From the human T2T-CHM13v2.0 reference genome, Homo sapiens: a stretch of DNA of 64,000 nucleotides. The notes below the pieces were generated by a model. It had not been told where the DNA came from. It was given only the letters and a program-made list of their open reading frames with translations, and did no database searches. Location: the NCBI GenBank assembly GCA_009914755.4, contig CP086569.2:5440001-5504000 (forward strand), in the 5' to 3' direction. This document shows positions 40,291-53,099 of this stretch, piece by piece (within the stretch, counting starts at the first letter, position 1; the number at the start of each line of letters is the position of its first letter). Position numbers and translations under genes: made by a program.

Positions 40291-43286
40291 TCCACATTTA
40301 TTACACTATTTAATTTCTTTTCTGTTTACTTTACTAAAATTATTACAGGTGTTTTTTTTAATGGTTTTACCCTTTTATATACCCTTCAGCAAATTTCTCT
40401 AGTATTTTATTGAATGCAAGATTGATCCCTAAGAGTATGTGATTTTTTTATACCTCTTTCTTCTTATATTGCATCTCACAACTGCTCAAATCAGTAATCC
40501 TTCTGACAAACTTTGCCGTAAAATGTATGTATTCTCAATCGCAACAATAAAACATAGCTTTGGAAAGTATTTGGCAACACACTGAGAAGGGTTTTCACAA
40601 ACATGACTAGTTAAGAGTCTATGTCTTATGGAATTCAACATAGTCTTTTCATTGTAGAGGTCCTGTGTTTACCGAGGTATCTAAGAGCACCAAATGTGCT
40701 ATTTTCCATTTTGTGTGCCTGGTCAGTCATAGAAGCATAACCATGTTAAAAAGATTAGAAACTTTGGAATGTCTCTGAGAGTACTTGAGGATAAACCATA
40801 AATAGAAGGCTTTTTACCTGGATACAGTTACCTAGATAATCCCAGGGAAAAGAGCTCATTCTAAATTCATAGAAAAAATGTAGTTTTATATAACTATGCT
40901 TGTCAGCACACTAATTTCTCTTGTCAAATTCAGCAAGATTGCCCCTTATAGCAGCTGTAGCTACCTGGCATTAGTATGCCTATGATTTGGAAAATTATTT
41001 TCCCTGAATATTTTTCCTGGCTTACTCAAATGAAAGACTTGTGAGTGAAGTAACAAATTATTAATGCTACATGCCATAAAGTAAAACATATTCTTTTTCA
41101 GATCTCGATTTATTAATCAAGAATAAATGAATGCATCTGAATTATTTTTAAAAACCTAAAATTATACAGATTGTACTCAAATTGAGTATTTTCAATATTC
41201 TATTCAAAATATAATGAAAGGCATCACTCTTCACATTAACCTATACATTTATGAGGAAGCAGTCAGGTTCTCATATGAAATATTTAACATTGTATCTTGT
41301 ATGAATTAAAATGAAAAGTATGTCTTATATATTAGAAATTTTGCATCAAGTTCAGACTGGAGAGTCAGCTGCTTTGGCCTTATAAGATAGACCTCAAGGG
41401 GTCAGATTCCAAAGCTTGTCATTCTCTACTACCTCAGCCAAGCTTCAGTCAGTGTTGCTATAACTATGTGATAGCGTTCCATATTAAGCACTATTTATTA
41501 CCTCTTGTTGATTCTCAATGACTGCTTGAAAACTGGCCTTCTTTAAGTGTTACACATAAAAAATTGAGATTTTGATTTAATCTATAATGCTTATGAGAGC
41601 GTACCAGGCTTGTGCCATGCTAAATTAGGCTGTAAAAATCTAGGGTTAGAGGTAACCCACTTTTATAATATCCAGTATTTATTTTGCTCTAGACCCTCAG
41701 TCTATAAAAATGTATATTCCAAATGCATTTTAATTGAGTTTGTACTGTTATTGGTTAATTACTTAATTTGTTTTAGTTTCAAAATTAGTTGAATCCCACT
41801 ATACCAAAGATAAAGACAAAATTGGGATTATAAACTTCTTGTTTTATAGTAAAATAATGGGTTGCTGTGGAGATTAAATTATTTGGGGCATGCAAATCAT
41901 AGTGCTTTACAAACAGTAATGGTGGCTGGTGCACTTCTAAATATAATTCGCTCGTCTACATTTATACAAAACTGTTCTGCCTTGCTTTAAAAGTTCTACC
42001 ATAGGTGCCTTAAAATACATGCTTATACTGTTTCTTCCAGGATAGAAAACCCATTTCGGTAAGGGTTCTATGTCTGTTGTCTTACTTTTTTTTTTTCCAA
42101 ATTTGTAAACAATTCTTTCTTTCACAACCAGTTCTGAAACCCACAAAAGTCTTACAATGTCATTCAAGATGAGAAAATATCTTGGAATGGACAGGCTCAC
42201 TTCTATACTTGAAGAAGTTGTTGGAGTACCTGTAGGCAGAGTCTTCCACTACTCTGACTGATAGACAAGTTTGCACTCCATCATGTATGTTCTAAGTACT
42301 CAGCCTCTCTAGAGGTTTTCAATCCCAATTATTACTTTTTCTACTAGATAAGAGAGTTTTTGAGAGAGACACTGGGTTGACGACAGGGAATTGATTGAAA
42401 GTATGAATATTAATGAGTAAATTTCCCATTCAATCAATCTATCCTAAAAAGTAAGTACTGCCTCCACATCTGGAAGTGCTAGCTTCCAAATATAATACAT
42501 TGTTCCAGTTAAAGAAAACTGAGCTATCTTAGAGTGAAATTTTCTGAGTTCTTGCATTTAAACATTCATCAACATAATGACCAAATCTCTAATCAAAGGT
42601 CTCCCTAAGCTTACATGTAAGCAAGCTCGATTGACTTATACAGAGCTTCTTAACAGTTTTTAGTTCCTCATTCTTAACTGTGAACATATATTCTGACTTT
42701 TGAGAAAAATTGGAATACAAAATGTCAATAAAACAACAACAATAATAAGAATCATTGATGGAAATTTTCTGGAGATGTCAATAGGATTCTCACTGAACAG
42801 TTATCAGAGTACTGATCAGTTCATGCTTGGGAGGAAACTACTCAAGGCAAAAGAACTTCCCAATAATATGAATAAAACAATTTATCCAACCCAAAGAAAG
42901 TAACAGATATTTGATTTTTTGTCTAAAAACAAACAATAACTTGAAAAATATATGAAAATAACACTTTTCAAAACGTTGGAGTTCAGGCAATGCATGACAA
43001 TAATTCCCCAGGTTACCACCTTCTGAGAGTTTCCCAGATGCAGCTCAGAGACAGGGAAGCCAGGGGAAGCCCAGCAGACTCTCACAGTTGAGGAGATATG
43101 CCTGTAAGTCCAGAGAGAGCAAGGTGGCTACAGCTTACAAGGTAGAGTAACTTAGAGGAAAGGCCTACACAGAGAAAACACTTAGAAAATCACAATAGGA
43201 TCATCACTGAGTATTCATCAGAGTACTGTGAAGTTGATGCGTGGGAGAAAACTACTCAAGACAAAAGAACTGCTCAAAGGAATTAG

Positions 43287-43726
<440 letters not shown>

Positions 43727-44580
43727 TAGAGATAATAAACCTTGCATAAAATGTTGTTTAGGTCCCACCTAACAAACCTTAAAAAGCATGGATAAAGCTG
43801 TTTACGAAATAAAACTGCATCCCAGAATAAAGCTTGAGAAGAATTATAGAATAGAAAAATCAACACCACATCAAGCAAGTGGAAGGATTGAATATTATGT
43901 AGAGACAAGAAAAATATTCAAAAAGACAAATCAAATCTGAAAAATTAAAGAATACAATGTCTCAGATGATATTCTGGATGAATGGCAGATTAGACATTAC
44001 AGAAGAAAAGATAATTGAACTTAAAGTCTTATCAGCAACTATCATAAATGAAACTGGAAAAAAAGGAATAAAAAATGTGAACTGGGAGAAAACTTTAACC
44101 TAGGAAACATGTTAAGTGGACCCCCAAAGTTGGAGAGTGGGGACAGAGAAAACATTTGAAGAAAAATATTTGAAATATGGTCATGACAAGCCATATGTTT
44201 CTGTCAAGAACTGTAAAGGGTCTGAAATTTTACTCAAACTTGTTAGGTGAGCACAATTTTGGGCCAGCTGAATGGGAAGAAGACTTGAGACTCCTAGATC
44301 AGCAACCAAGAACAGTTTATTATTCACAACAACAATAGTAGTTAGAGTGTCACCATTTTTTGCACTGCTTTCTTGAGCCCCAGTTCTCACAGGGTGATGC
44401 AATAGAAAGCCAGTTAATATCTCCTCTTACAGGAGAGAAATCTTGAGTTTATGAAACTAACACCTTTTATAATGGGTTCTCTATATGTCTTCCTTTTGCT
44501 CCGGAGGGAAACAGTCTCAATCTTTCAAGGCTGTTCTCTACACACATCCTTGAAATGTTAGTTTGGAAAAAGGGACACTT

Positions 44581-44660
44581 AGTACCTCATTCACAAGACA
44601 TGCAGAAACTCAAAAGGTAGTACCTCATTCACAAGACATGCAGAAACTCAAAAGATCTAC
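44581..44660 (+). repeat. Tandem duplication (~39 bp x2)
   Basis: 'agtacctcattcacaagacatgcagaaactcaaaag' occurs twice in tandem. Confidence 0.8.
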
Positions 44661-45133
44661 TGAAAATTATCTCCCAAAATTACTATCTAAATTTAATAAA
44701 ATTTGAAAAGTCAGTTCCTTAGGTGCATGAGTCACCTTTTAAGAGTTCAATAGTCACATATGGCTAGAAACTGTCCTATTGACAGTGAAGATATGGAACA
44801 TTTCCATTACTGAAGAAAATACTATCATATAGAATGGTTGTACATCATATAATAGCAATAATAAGGTGTAATAATAATAGTAGCCCTATAAATTATGGGT
44901 TATTATCTGCACTTTACAGATGAAGAAACTATGCCTTAAGAAAGTAAAGCAACTTACTAAGTTAATATGTCTAGCAGGTGTCAGAGTTTGGACTGCATTA
45001 AACTAATTTCTTATACTGCTTTCTATAATGCCTGTGGCAGATTGTATGTTCAAGTAATGACTGCAACAATATTTATGATCCCACATGCTCTTCTAGATCC
45101 TTGCTACTATCCTGTCAAGAAGTGGAGCCTAGG

Positions 45134-45352
45134 GCTGGGCGAGGTGGCTCACACCTCTAATCCCAGCACTTTGAGAGGTTGAGGCGGGTGGATCACGAGG
45201 TCAGGAGTTCGAGGCCAGCCTGCCCAGCATAGTGAAACCCTGTCTCTACTAAAAATACAAAAACTTAGCTGGTGGTGTGTACTTGTAATTCCAGCTACTC
45301 AGGAGGCTGAGGCAGGAGAATCACTTGAACCCAGGAGGCAGAGGTTGCAGTG
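45134..45352 (+). mobile_element. Alu 5' fragment (~220 bp), 3'-truncated with no right-arm end or tail
   Basis: 'ggctgggcgaggtggctcacacctctaatcccagcactttgagaggttgaggcgggtggatcacgaggtcaggagttcgaggccagcctg…ggaggctgaggcaggagaatcacttgaacccaggaggcagaggttgcagtg' ends abruptly. Confidence 0.85.
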
Positions 45353-47744
45353 TCCTTGAACTTGGGTGGGCCTTTGTTACTGCCCCTATGGAAGTGATAT
45401 TACATACAGTGTAAATGATGATATGTAAGGTTAACTGTATCCTTGAAAAGATGTCATATCTTTAACAAGATGATAGAGCTTCTACATGGCTCCTTTTTGG
45501 GACAATAGCTCCTGGAAGTCACTTGCCAGGCTATGAGGAATCCCAGGTCACATATTTATATCTTTTAGCTGAGGCCATTATTGAGTTCCCAGGCAGCAGC
45601 CAGAATTAACTCATACACATGAATTACGAAGGCTTCTAAATGTCTCCAGCCCCAGTCACCTTTGGATTTTAGCCCGGGAGATCCACAAAAATAATTATCG
45701 ACCTGATCTAATCCTAACTTATATTTCAAATCACAAATAGTAATAATAAAAATAAGTTTGTTTCATGTTATTATGCTTGGGATGATTCCTTATGCAGCAA
45801 TAAATCATTGAAACAATGTATCTTCAAACCAATTATTTAAAAACCTTTTTTTCAGCCAATGAATCAATATTTGTTTGCTTTATTCACTGGTGCATTCAAC
45901 AAATGAATATATACGTGGGTAATTTCTTGTATAGCCTGTGTCACATTTTGTAGAACTAGAATTAAAAAGAAAAAGTCAATTTATGGCTTATATGAAAAAA
46001 TATACATATTTAAAAAAGAAATTTTATCTAAGCAAAATTGTTTCTCAAGTAGCTCTGTACATTTTTTATGTATTGTCATATTTGGGTTTCATACCCTAGA
46101 CTTCTGTCTTTCATTTATTTATTCTGGTTGATAGGTAAGTTGCCTTATTTGCATTATTTCTAAAGATGTGAAAAATTATTATGATTTTTAAATGTTAAAG
46201 TAAACATACCTCATACTTTTCACTAAAATGCAAAATATTGTAATAAAATAAATGACAAATTTTTCAAAGAAATGTGAAGCATAGTCAATAAAACATACAA
46301 CTTTATTAAATCTCTATGTTCTAGAATCAGTTTTTGCACTGACATATATTCATAAGACACCTAGAAAATACCTTGTTAATTTTCATAGATTTAAACATTT
46401 CACAGGTTTAATTTTAGTAAGCTGACAATTTTCTAGAGGATATTTTTATTTGCAAATACAAATTATTTACAGTTAAACTTTGAAATTGGATATTCTTTCC
46501 AACTTGATCAATTCTTAAAGAACTGAGAAAAGTCTCAAAATAAAATGGGTTAGAAATAGTTTATATGTTATTGCTTTAAAATCATTTCAAGTAGTTACAA
46601 TGCACTTTCACAGAAGCATCATTTTGCCTGAAGCATACAGGAGGGACACGGAATCAGGAACGAACAGAATGGAGGCCCCTGGAGCTATGTTTATAGATCC
46701 TTGCTCATTTATTGTGCAATTTATTCACTATAGCTTAAGGGACAAGCAAGCATTCATCACCCACTGCTCCCATCATTTTCAAGGCTGTTCAGTAGATAAC
46801 ACAAATGCTAAGCAAACAAGTCTTTTGATCCATTTCAATCTACTTCTGATTTTTCTTTTAGGTAACAAAAGTTTATTGATTTGACTCTATCTATGTGTTT
46901 CTATCTCTATGTCTACATCTAAAATTTTTCCATCTGTGTCTCTACTTACACATAAAATTGGAAAAAACACCACCCTTGGAGTATTCTCTGAACAGGGACA
47001 GAAAGTAAAATTGTTTGGTACAAAAGGGATTCCCATCTAAGAGTTTGATATGTGTGGAGTCTTAAATAGACAAAAGAGTTAGGCTGGTGAGAGATGGGAA
47101 AAACAAAACGAAAAAACAGATAAGCTCTAAGTACGCCTTTCTTCACGGTTCAGGTCATATAGACCTCTTGTGCAAACAACTGACAATCTTCCTGAGCCCA
47201 ACTATCATTAGACACCTACAAGTTAGGTCACCGCAACCTTAGCGTTTTTAGTACTGCACAAAGCCCTCTTCAGCAGACAGCATAAACACTATTTGATAAA
47301 ATTTCCACCGAGCCTTTGTTTCCCGGCAGTCAGTTTCTGTTGGCCTTCCCATTGCCTCCTTGCAAACTATTTTCCTAACAATTTTTCTAATAAATCTGCC
47401 TTTCTTTACCTACAACTGTCTTGGCAAATTCTTCTATCCCCATGCCACCGGCCCAGATAGTTGTCGTTCACCTGTAATATTTTGGTGGCCCATTAGGGGA
47501 CTTTCTTTTCACGGGGAACTCTCTCCCCTGTCTCTTTCCCTTTCCCAACTTGGGACCCTCAGCAGACAGCGTCTAAGCACGAGCCAATTGCAGGTCACTG
47601 ATTGGAGCTACACACAGGTGGGACCAAAAGGTGTCTATGTGGAAGTGTCTGACCACCATCACCCGTTTTGGTCAAAGGACCTGAGTTTACTTATTTTTTT
47701 CTGTCTTTCAGCAGCCAGTTTCTTGCATCCCTCTGGCAATTAAA

Positions 47745-48650
47745 CCTGTTTTCCTTATATATTACCCAGTCTCAGGTATTTCTTTACAGCAGCATGAGAA
47801 CGGACTAATACAGTAAGATGATACAGCAGAGAGTGGGATACTGCTATAAAGGGACTGAAAAATGTGGAAGTAACTTTGGAATTGGGTAACAGGCAGAGGT
47901 TGGAAGAGTTTGGAGGGCTCAGAAGAAGACAGGGAGATGTGGGAAAATTTGGAACTTCCTAGAGACTTGTTGAATGGTTTTGATCAAAATGCTGATAGTG
48001 ATATGGACAATGAAGTCCAGGCTGAGGTGGTTTCAGATGGAGATGAGGAACTTGTTGGAAACTGGAATAAAGGTGACTCTTGCTATGCTTTATCAAAGAG
48101 ACTGGTGGCATTTTTTTGCCTCTGCCTTAGAGATCTGTGGAACTTTGAACTTGAGAGAGATGATTTAGGGTATCTAACAGAAGACATTTTTAAGTGGCAA
48201 AGTGTTCAAGAGGAAGCTGAGCATAAAAATTTGGAAAATTTGTAGCCTGACCATGCAATAGAAAAGAAAAATCCATTTTTATGGGGAGAAATTCAAGCAG
48301 GCCACAGAATTTGTATAAGTAACGAGAAGCTGAACATTATTTCCCAAGCTAATGGGAAAAATGTCTCCAGGGTGTGTCAGAGACCTCCATGCCAGCCCTC
48401 TCCCATCAAAGGCCCAGAGGCCTAGGAGGAATACATGGTTTCATGGGCCTGGCCCAGTGCCCCCCTGCTCTATGCAGCCTTGAGACATGGTGCCCTGCGT
48501 ATCAGCTGCTTCAGCTTCAGGTGATTGTAATTACCTGAGGCCTCCCCAGCCATGCTGAACTCTGAGTCAAAAAACCTCTTTTCTTTATAAGTTACCCAGT
48601 CTCTGGTATGTCTTTATTAGCAGTGTGACAACAGACTAATACAGAGGTCT
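47745..48650 (+). mobile_element. THE1/MST-like MaLR element: 5' LTR terminus (47745-47815), internal region with a 111-aa ORF (47910-48245), 3' LTR (~48300-48650). 47130-47745 upstream is an LTR-like segment of uncertain family.
   Basis: The LTR ends '…ttatatattacccagtctcaggtatttctttacagcagcatgagaacggactaatacag' and '…tgaggcctccccagccatgctgaactctgagtcaaaaaacctcttttctttataagttacccagtctctggtatgtctttattagcagtgtgacaacagactaatacag', close to the THE1 consensus. The internal ORF is MEGSEEDREMWENLELPRDLLNGFDQNADSDMDNEVQAEVV…. Confidence 0.7.
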
Positions 48651-48659
48651 CTGATTGTC

Positions 48660-50500
48660 TCACAGCTGTATGTAGTAGAGGATCTTCACTTAGTGCCTGA
48701 GTGGCTTTGACTCTGGAGAGGCGGACCCATGGAGAGACACCTCGGAGATTTACAGCCATTGGGGTGGTAGGAAGAACTTGATATGGCCCAGTCCAGATGG
48801 ATTCTAAAGGCCTTTCCTCCTATGCGAGAGTTTTAAGATACACCCAGTCCTCAGGCATCAGTTTAGGCTGTGTGTTCTCTGGAAAAGAGGGATTGGGTTT
48901 TAGACTATGAAGATTTTGGTAATGGGTAATGGTTTTGATGGTTTGTCCTAAGAGATATCACATGCTGTGTGAAATAATGACTTTCTGGATCTAACAAGAG
49001 GTCTGTTTGTAAGAAGGGCCTTCCATAAAGAACTTCAAATGGGCTGAGATGGGTTTCTGAATTTGGGGTAATGCAAGACCTTAAGAGGGCAATAGGGAGC
49101 ACAGCGGGCCGTGACTGTTCAGTTTCCTGTATTAGCTTTGTGAGATGCCTTTTTATGGTTTGATTAGCTTTTTCTACTTTTCCAGAGGATTGTGGATACC
49201 AGAATGCAAGCAAGTAGTATTTCATTTGAAGGCCTTAGCAACTTCTTGTTTTGAGAAATGAAGGCAGGGCCATTGTCTTATGGAATGAGTAAGGGAGCCC
49301 AACACAGGGAAGAATGTGGTCCAAAAGGGCCATGGTGGCTTCTAATGCCTGTTCAGTTTTGGTGGGAAAGGCCTCTATCCCCCCAAGTATCTACAAAGAC
49401 TAGCAAGTATTTAAGTTCCTTGCATTGGAGGCATGTGCGTAAAATCTAGCTGCCAATCTTCTCCTGGTAGGGTCCCTCATCTTCGAATGGAGTAGAGGAG
49501 AGGAGGAGATTTGTGGGTCCCTTCAGGATTCATTTTCGCAGCATGTGGCACAAGCCTGCAAGATGGCTCGCTGAAGATTGGGTTATTCCTTTACCAATAA
49601 ACAGTGGACTTACTAAGTTTTGGAGGGCTTTGGCCCCCACATTAGTTGATTTGTGTAAGCTTTTTAAATGTTTCCATTGTGAGGCTCCTGGAATGAAAGT
49701 TTGCCGTTAGAGCTTTTTAGCCAGCTTTCTGAGTTATGAGAGAAGCCTTTCACTAGAGCCCTTTGGGTTTCTTTCTGTGAATAGTGTGAGACAGGAGAGT
49801 GGGGTTAGGAACCAAAACTGCCTGAAGGGGCAGCCTGGCAGCTGCTTTTGCTTAGTCATCAGCTCATTTGTTCCCAATTGAGATTTCATCACTGCTTCCC
49901 TGATGGGCTCTGCAGTGAATGATAGCTACCTGTGCAAAAAGCAAAATTGTCTCTAACAGAATCATGATTACAGGAGCATGTCTAATTGGAGAAGTTTGGT
50001 CTGTTGAGAGTTTCCTTTTTCACCAAATGGCTGCATGGGCATGTACTACATGAATGCCTAGGCTGAGTCTGTGTAAATATTAAATCTCATGCCTGGTCCT
50101 AATTGTAAGGCTTGAGTAAGGGCAATAAGTTCTGCCTTCTGGGCTGAGGTGGTGCTGCCTGGTACGGGCCTTGATTCTATAACTTCAGTAAGGCTAACAA
50201 TTGCATACCCTGATAACTGGGTACCTTCCAACATGAAACTACTGCTGTCTGTGAACCAAGTGGCCTCTAGATTGATTGGTAAGGGGGGTGTCTTGGAGGT
50301 CTGTTCTGGTGCAACAAGTTAAATCAATAGTTTGTAAGCAGGAGTGTTTAAGTGGTCCATCTGCATTTGGAGATGGTAACAGGGTAGCAGGATTAAGAAA
50401 TTGACGTGGCTTAATGTTTAATTATGGTGTTTGCAGTACTGACTGATATCTGCTAATTCCACTATTAGAGACCCAGTGAAAGGGCTTTGAGTTTAAAATA
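48660..50500 (-). mobile_element. Endogenous-retrovirus pol-derived segment (integrase C-terminal region recognisable), degraded
   Basis: Minus ORF 48905-49225 is MKYYLLAFWYPQSSGKVEKANQTIKRHLTKLIQETEQSRPAVLPIALLRSCITPNSETHLSPFEVLYGRPF…, the conserved post-DDE 'HPQSxGxVE(R/K)xNxT(I/L)K…LP.AL…NT…SPFE.LYG' integrase block. A stop codon sits immediately upstream in frame, showing frameshift decay. Confidence 0.55.
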
Positions 50501-52160
50501 TTTGTTACATTGTGTGGTGTATATATTATTATTTCTTGGCCCAGAGTTAGCTTGGAGACCCCCCTCAACTAATAGGGTCACAGATGCTAGCGCATGGAGG
50601 AACGGAGGCCAGCCCTGTGCCAACCAATCAGGGTTCTCTGATAACTGATTGGTCATTGGAAGGGATCCAATGGCTGGGTTAGGACCATTTTCAGGGTACA
50701 GCCCTACTCCTGGCTGCTTTCATGGGCTGGCATTGAGTGTCTGCAGCTTTTCCAGGCACATGGTGCAAGTTGTTGGTGGATCTATCATTCTGGGGTCTGG
50801 AGAACAGTGGCCCTCTTCTCAGAGCTCCACTAGGCAGTGTCCCAGTGGGTACTCTGTGTAGGGGCTTCTACCCCACATTTTCCTTATATACTAACATGGC
50901 AGAGGTTCTCCATGAGGGCTCTGGCCCTGCAGCAAACTTCTGCCTGAATATCCAGGCCTTTCCATACATACTCTGAAATCTAGGCAGAGGTTTCTTAACC
51001 TCAATTCTTGACTTGTATGCACCCACAGGCCCAACACCATGTGAAAGCTGCCAAGGGTTGGGTCTTACACTCTCTGAAGCAATGGCCTGAGCTGTCCGTT
51101 GGCCCCTTATAGCCATGCCTGGAGTGGCTGGGATGTAGGGCACCAAGTCCCAAGGCTGTATAGAGTAGTGGGTCCCTGGACCTGGCCCAGGAAACCACTT
51201 TTCCTTCCTAGGCCTTGGAGTCTGTGATGGGAGGGGCTGTTGTGATGGTCTCTGACATGCCCTGGAGACATTTACCCCATTGTCTTGGTGATTAACATCC
51301 AGCTCCTCATTACTTATGCAAATTTCTGCAGTGGGCTTGAATTTCTCTTCAGAAAATGGGATTTTCTTTCCTATCCCATGGTCAGGCTGCAAATTTTCCA
51401 AACTTTTATTCTCTGCTTCCTCTTGAATCCTTTGCTGCTTAGAAATTTCTTTGGCCAGATACCCTAAATCAGGTCTCACAAATTCAATGTTCCACAGATC
51501 TCTGGGGCAGGAGCAAAATGCCACCAGTCTCTTTGCATAGCAACAGTGACCTTTACTCCAGTTCCCAACAAGTTTCCCATCTCGCTCTAAAACCACCTCA
51601 GCCTGGACTTTATTGTCCATATTATTATCAGCATTTTGATCAAAGCCATTTATCAAGTCTCTAAGAAGTTCTAAACTTTCCCACATCTTCCTGTCTTCTT
51701 CTGAGACCTCCAAATTGTTTCAACCTCTGCCTGTTTCCCAGTTCCGAAGTTGCTTCCACATTTTTGGATATCTTTATAGGAGCACTCCACTCCTGGTACC
51801 AATTTCCTGTATTAGTCCATTCTCATGCTGCTAACAAAGACATATCTGATAGTGGGTAATTTATAAAGAAAAGAGGTTTAACTGACTCACCATTCTGCAT
51901 TCGGCCTCAGGAAACTTATAATTATGGTGGAAGGGGAAGCAAACACATCCTTCTTCACATGGTGGCAGGGAGAAGAAGACTGAGTGCCCAGTGCAGGGGG
52001 AAGCCCCTTATAAAACCATCAGATCTCCTGAGAGCAGGATGGGAGAAACCGCCTGCATGATTCATTTGTCTTCACCTGGTCCCACCCATGACATATGGGG
52101 ATTTGGAGAACTATAATTCAAAATGAGATTTGGGTGAGGACACATCCAAATCAGACTCTA
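50500..52160 (-). mobile_element. MaLR (THE1/MST-like) internal region with an uninterrupted 281-aa ORF (50868-51713) plus its LTR (51795-52160), reverse strand
   Basis: The LTR revcomp ends '…gtctttgttagcagcatgagaatggactaatacagga' with an LTR body ('cttataattatggtggaaggggaagcaaacac…gagatttgggtgaggacacatccaaatcag'). The ORF MEVSEEDRKMWESLELLRDLINGFDQNADNNMDNKVQAEVV… is ~80% identical over its first ~110 aa to the plus-strand copy at 47910-48245. It sits the same ~85-95 bp downstream of the LTR end. Confidence 0.7.
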
Positions 52161-53099
52161 TCTATTGTTTAGACAAACTCAGACTCTGAGTTGGATTCAG
52201 GTAATACTAACCCTAATTTTCAACTCTAGCTTCAAGGAGTTTCTTTTTCCTTACTCCCTTAACTTTCCTTAAAAATCAATGAAATCTACTTTTTTCCTGG
52301 CTTCTTTACTTAATTACAGCTGTAAACTGCATCCTGGTCATTACTTTCATTGTTCTGCACTTCAACTGCCTTTTTACATCTGGATGCAATAATATTCTCC
52401 TTTCTCCTTGAACTTCACTCTTTAAGAATAAGCATGCCAATGACTCAACCACCATAACATAGTCTAGCTACTGTAGCTAACAATTAAAGCTATTACTGAG
52501 TCCTCTGAAATTTCTGGTGGGGATCCCAGATAGTTAATCTATTTATTAAATTAGCAAATAGATACTCATCAAGGCAGTTTGCACTCTATCAAGCACATAA
52601 AAACATGCAAGCGCTGGTGGACTCAAGGCAGTAATACCAACTTTGAGATTTGGGTTTATCTAATCAGCCATATAATTTAATGTCACAAAATCAATACCAC
52701 ATACTATAGGAAAAATAGCATAAAATTTTCAGTAAAAACTTCCTTCACTTGGATTTTCTGAAAAGATAACCAATTAGAACAATTTCTAAAAACCAGATGC
52801 CTAAACAATATTTTATTCTTGATGACCTTGTTTGTAACTGTGCTTTCTAAATTACCAATCACCAAAGGAAGAAGCCATGAACTTCTTATATTTTATATTT
52901 ATAATTTACAGAGGTCCCAAAAACATCATTTAATACCAGGGCTTCCTGCTTTCCCAAGAAATCTAGAATATTTTGATCTCTCTTGAAGTTGACAGAAATT
53001 AGCCCAATGGCTTTTTAAAACTTTATTCTTAGAGCTAACTCTTTTTACTCAATTCTATTACAGGCTCACAGTAATTATCCAACTGCTTCACTTAAACAG

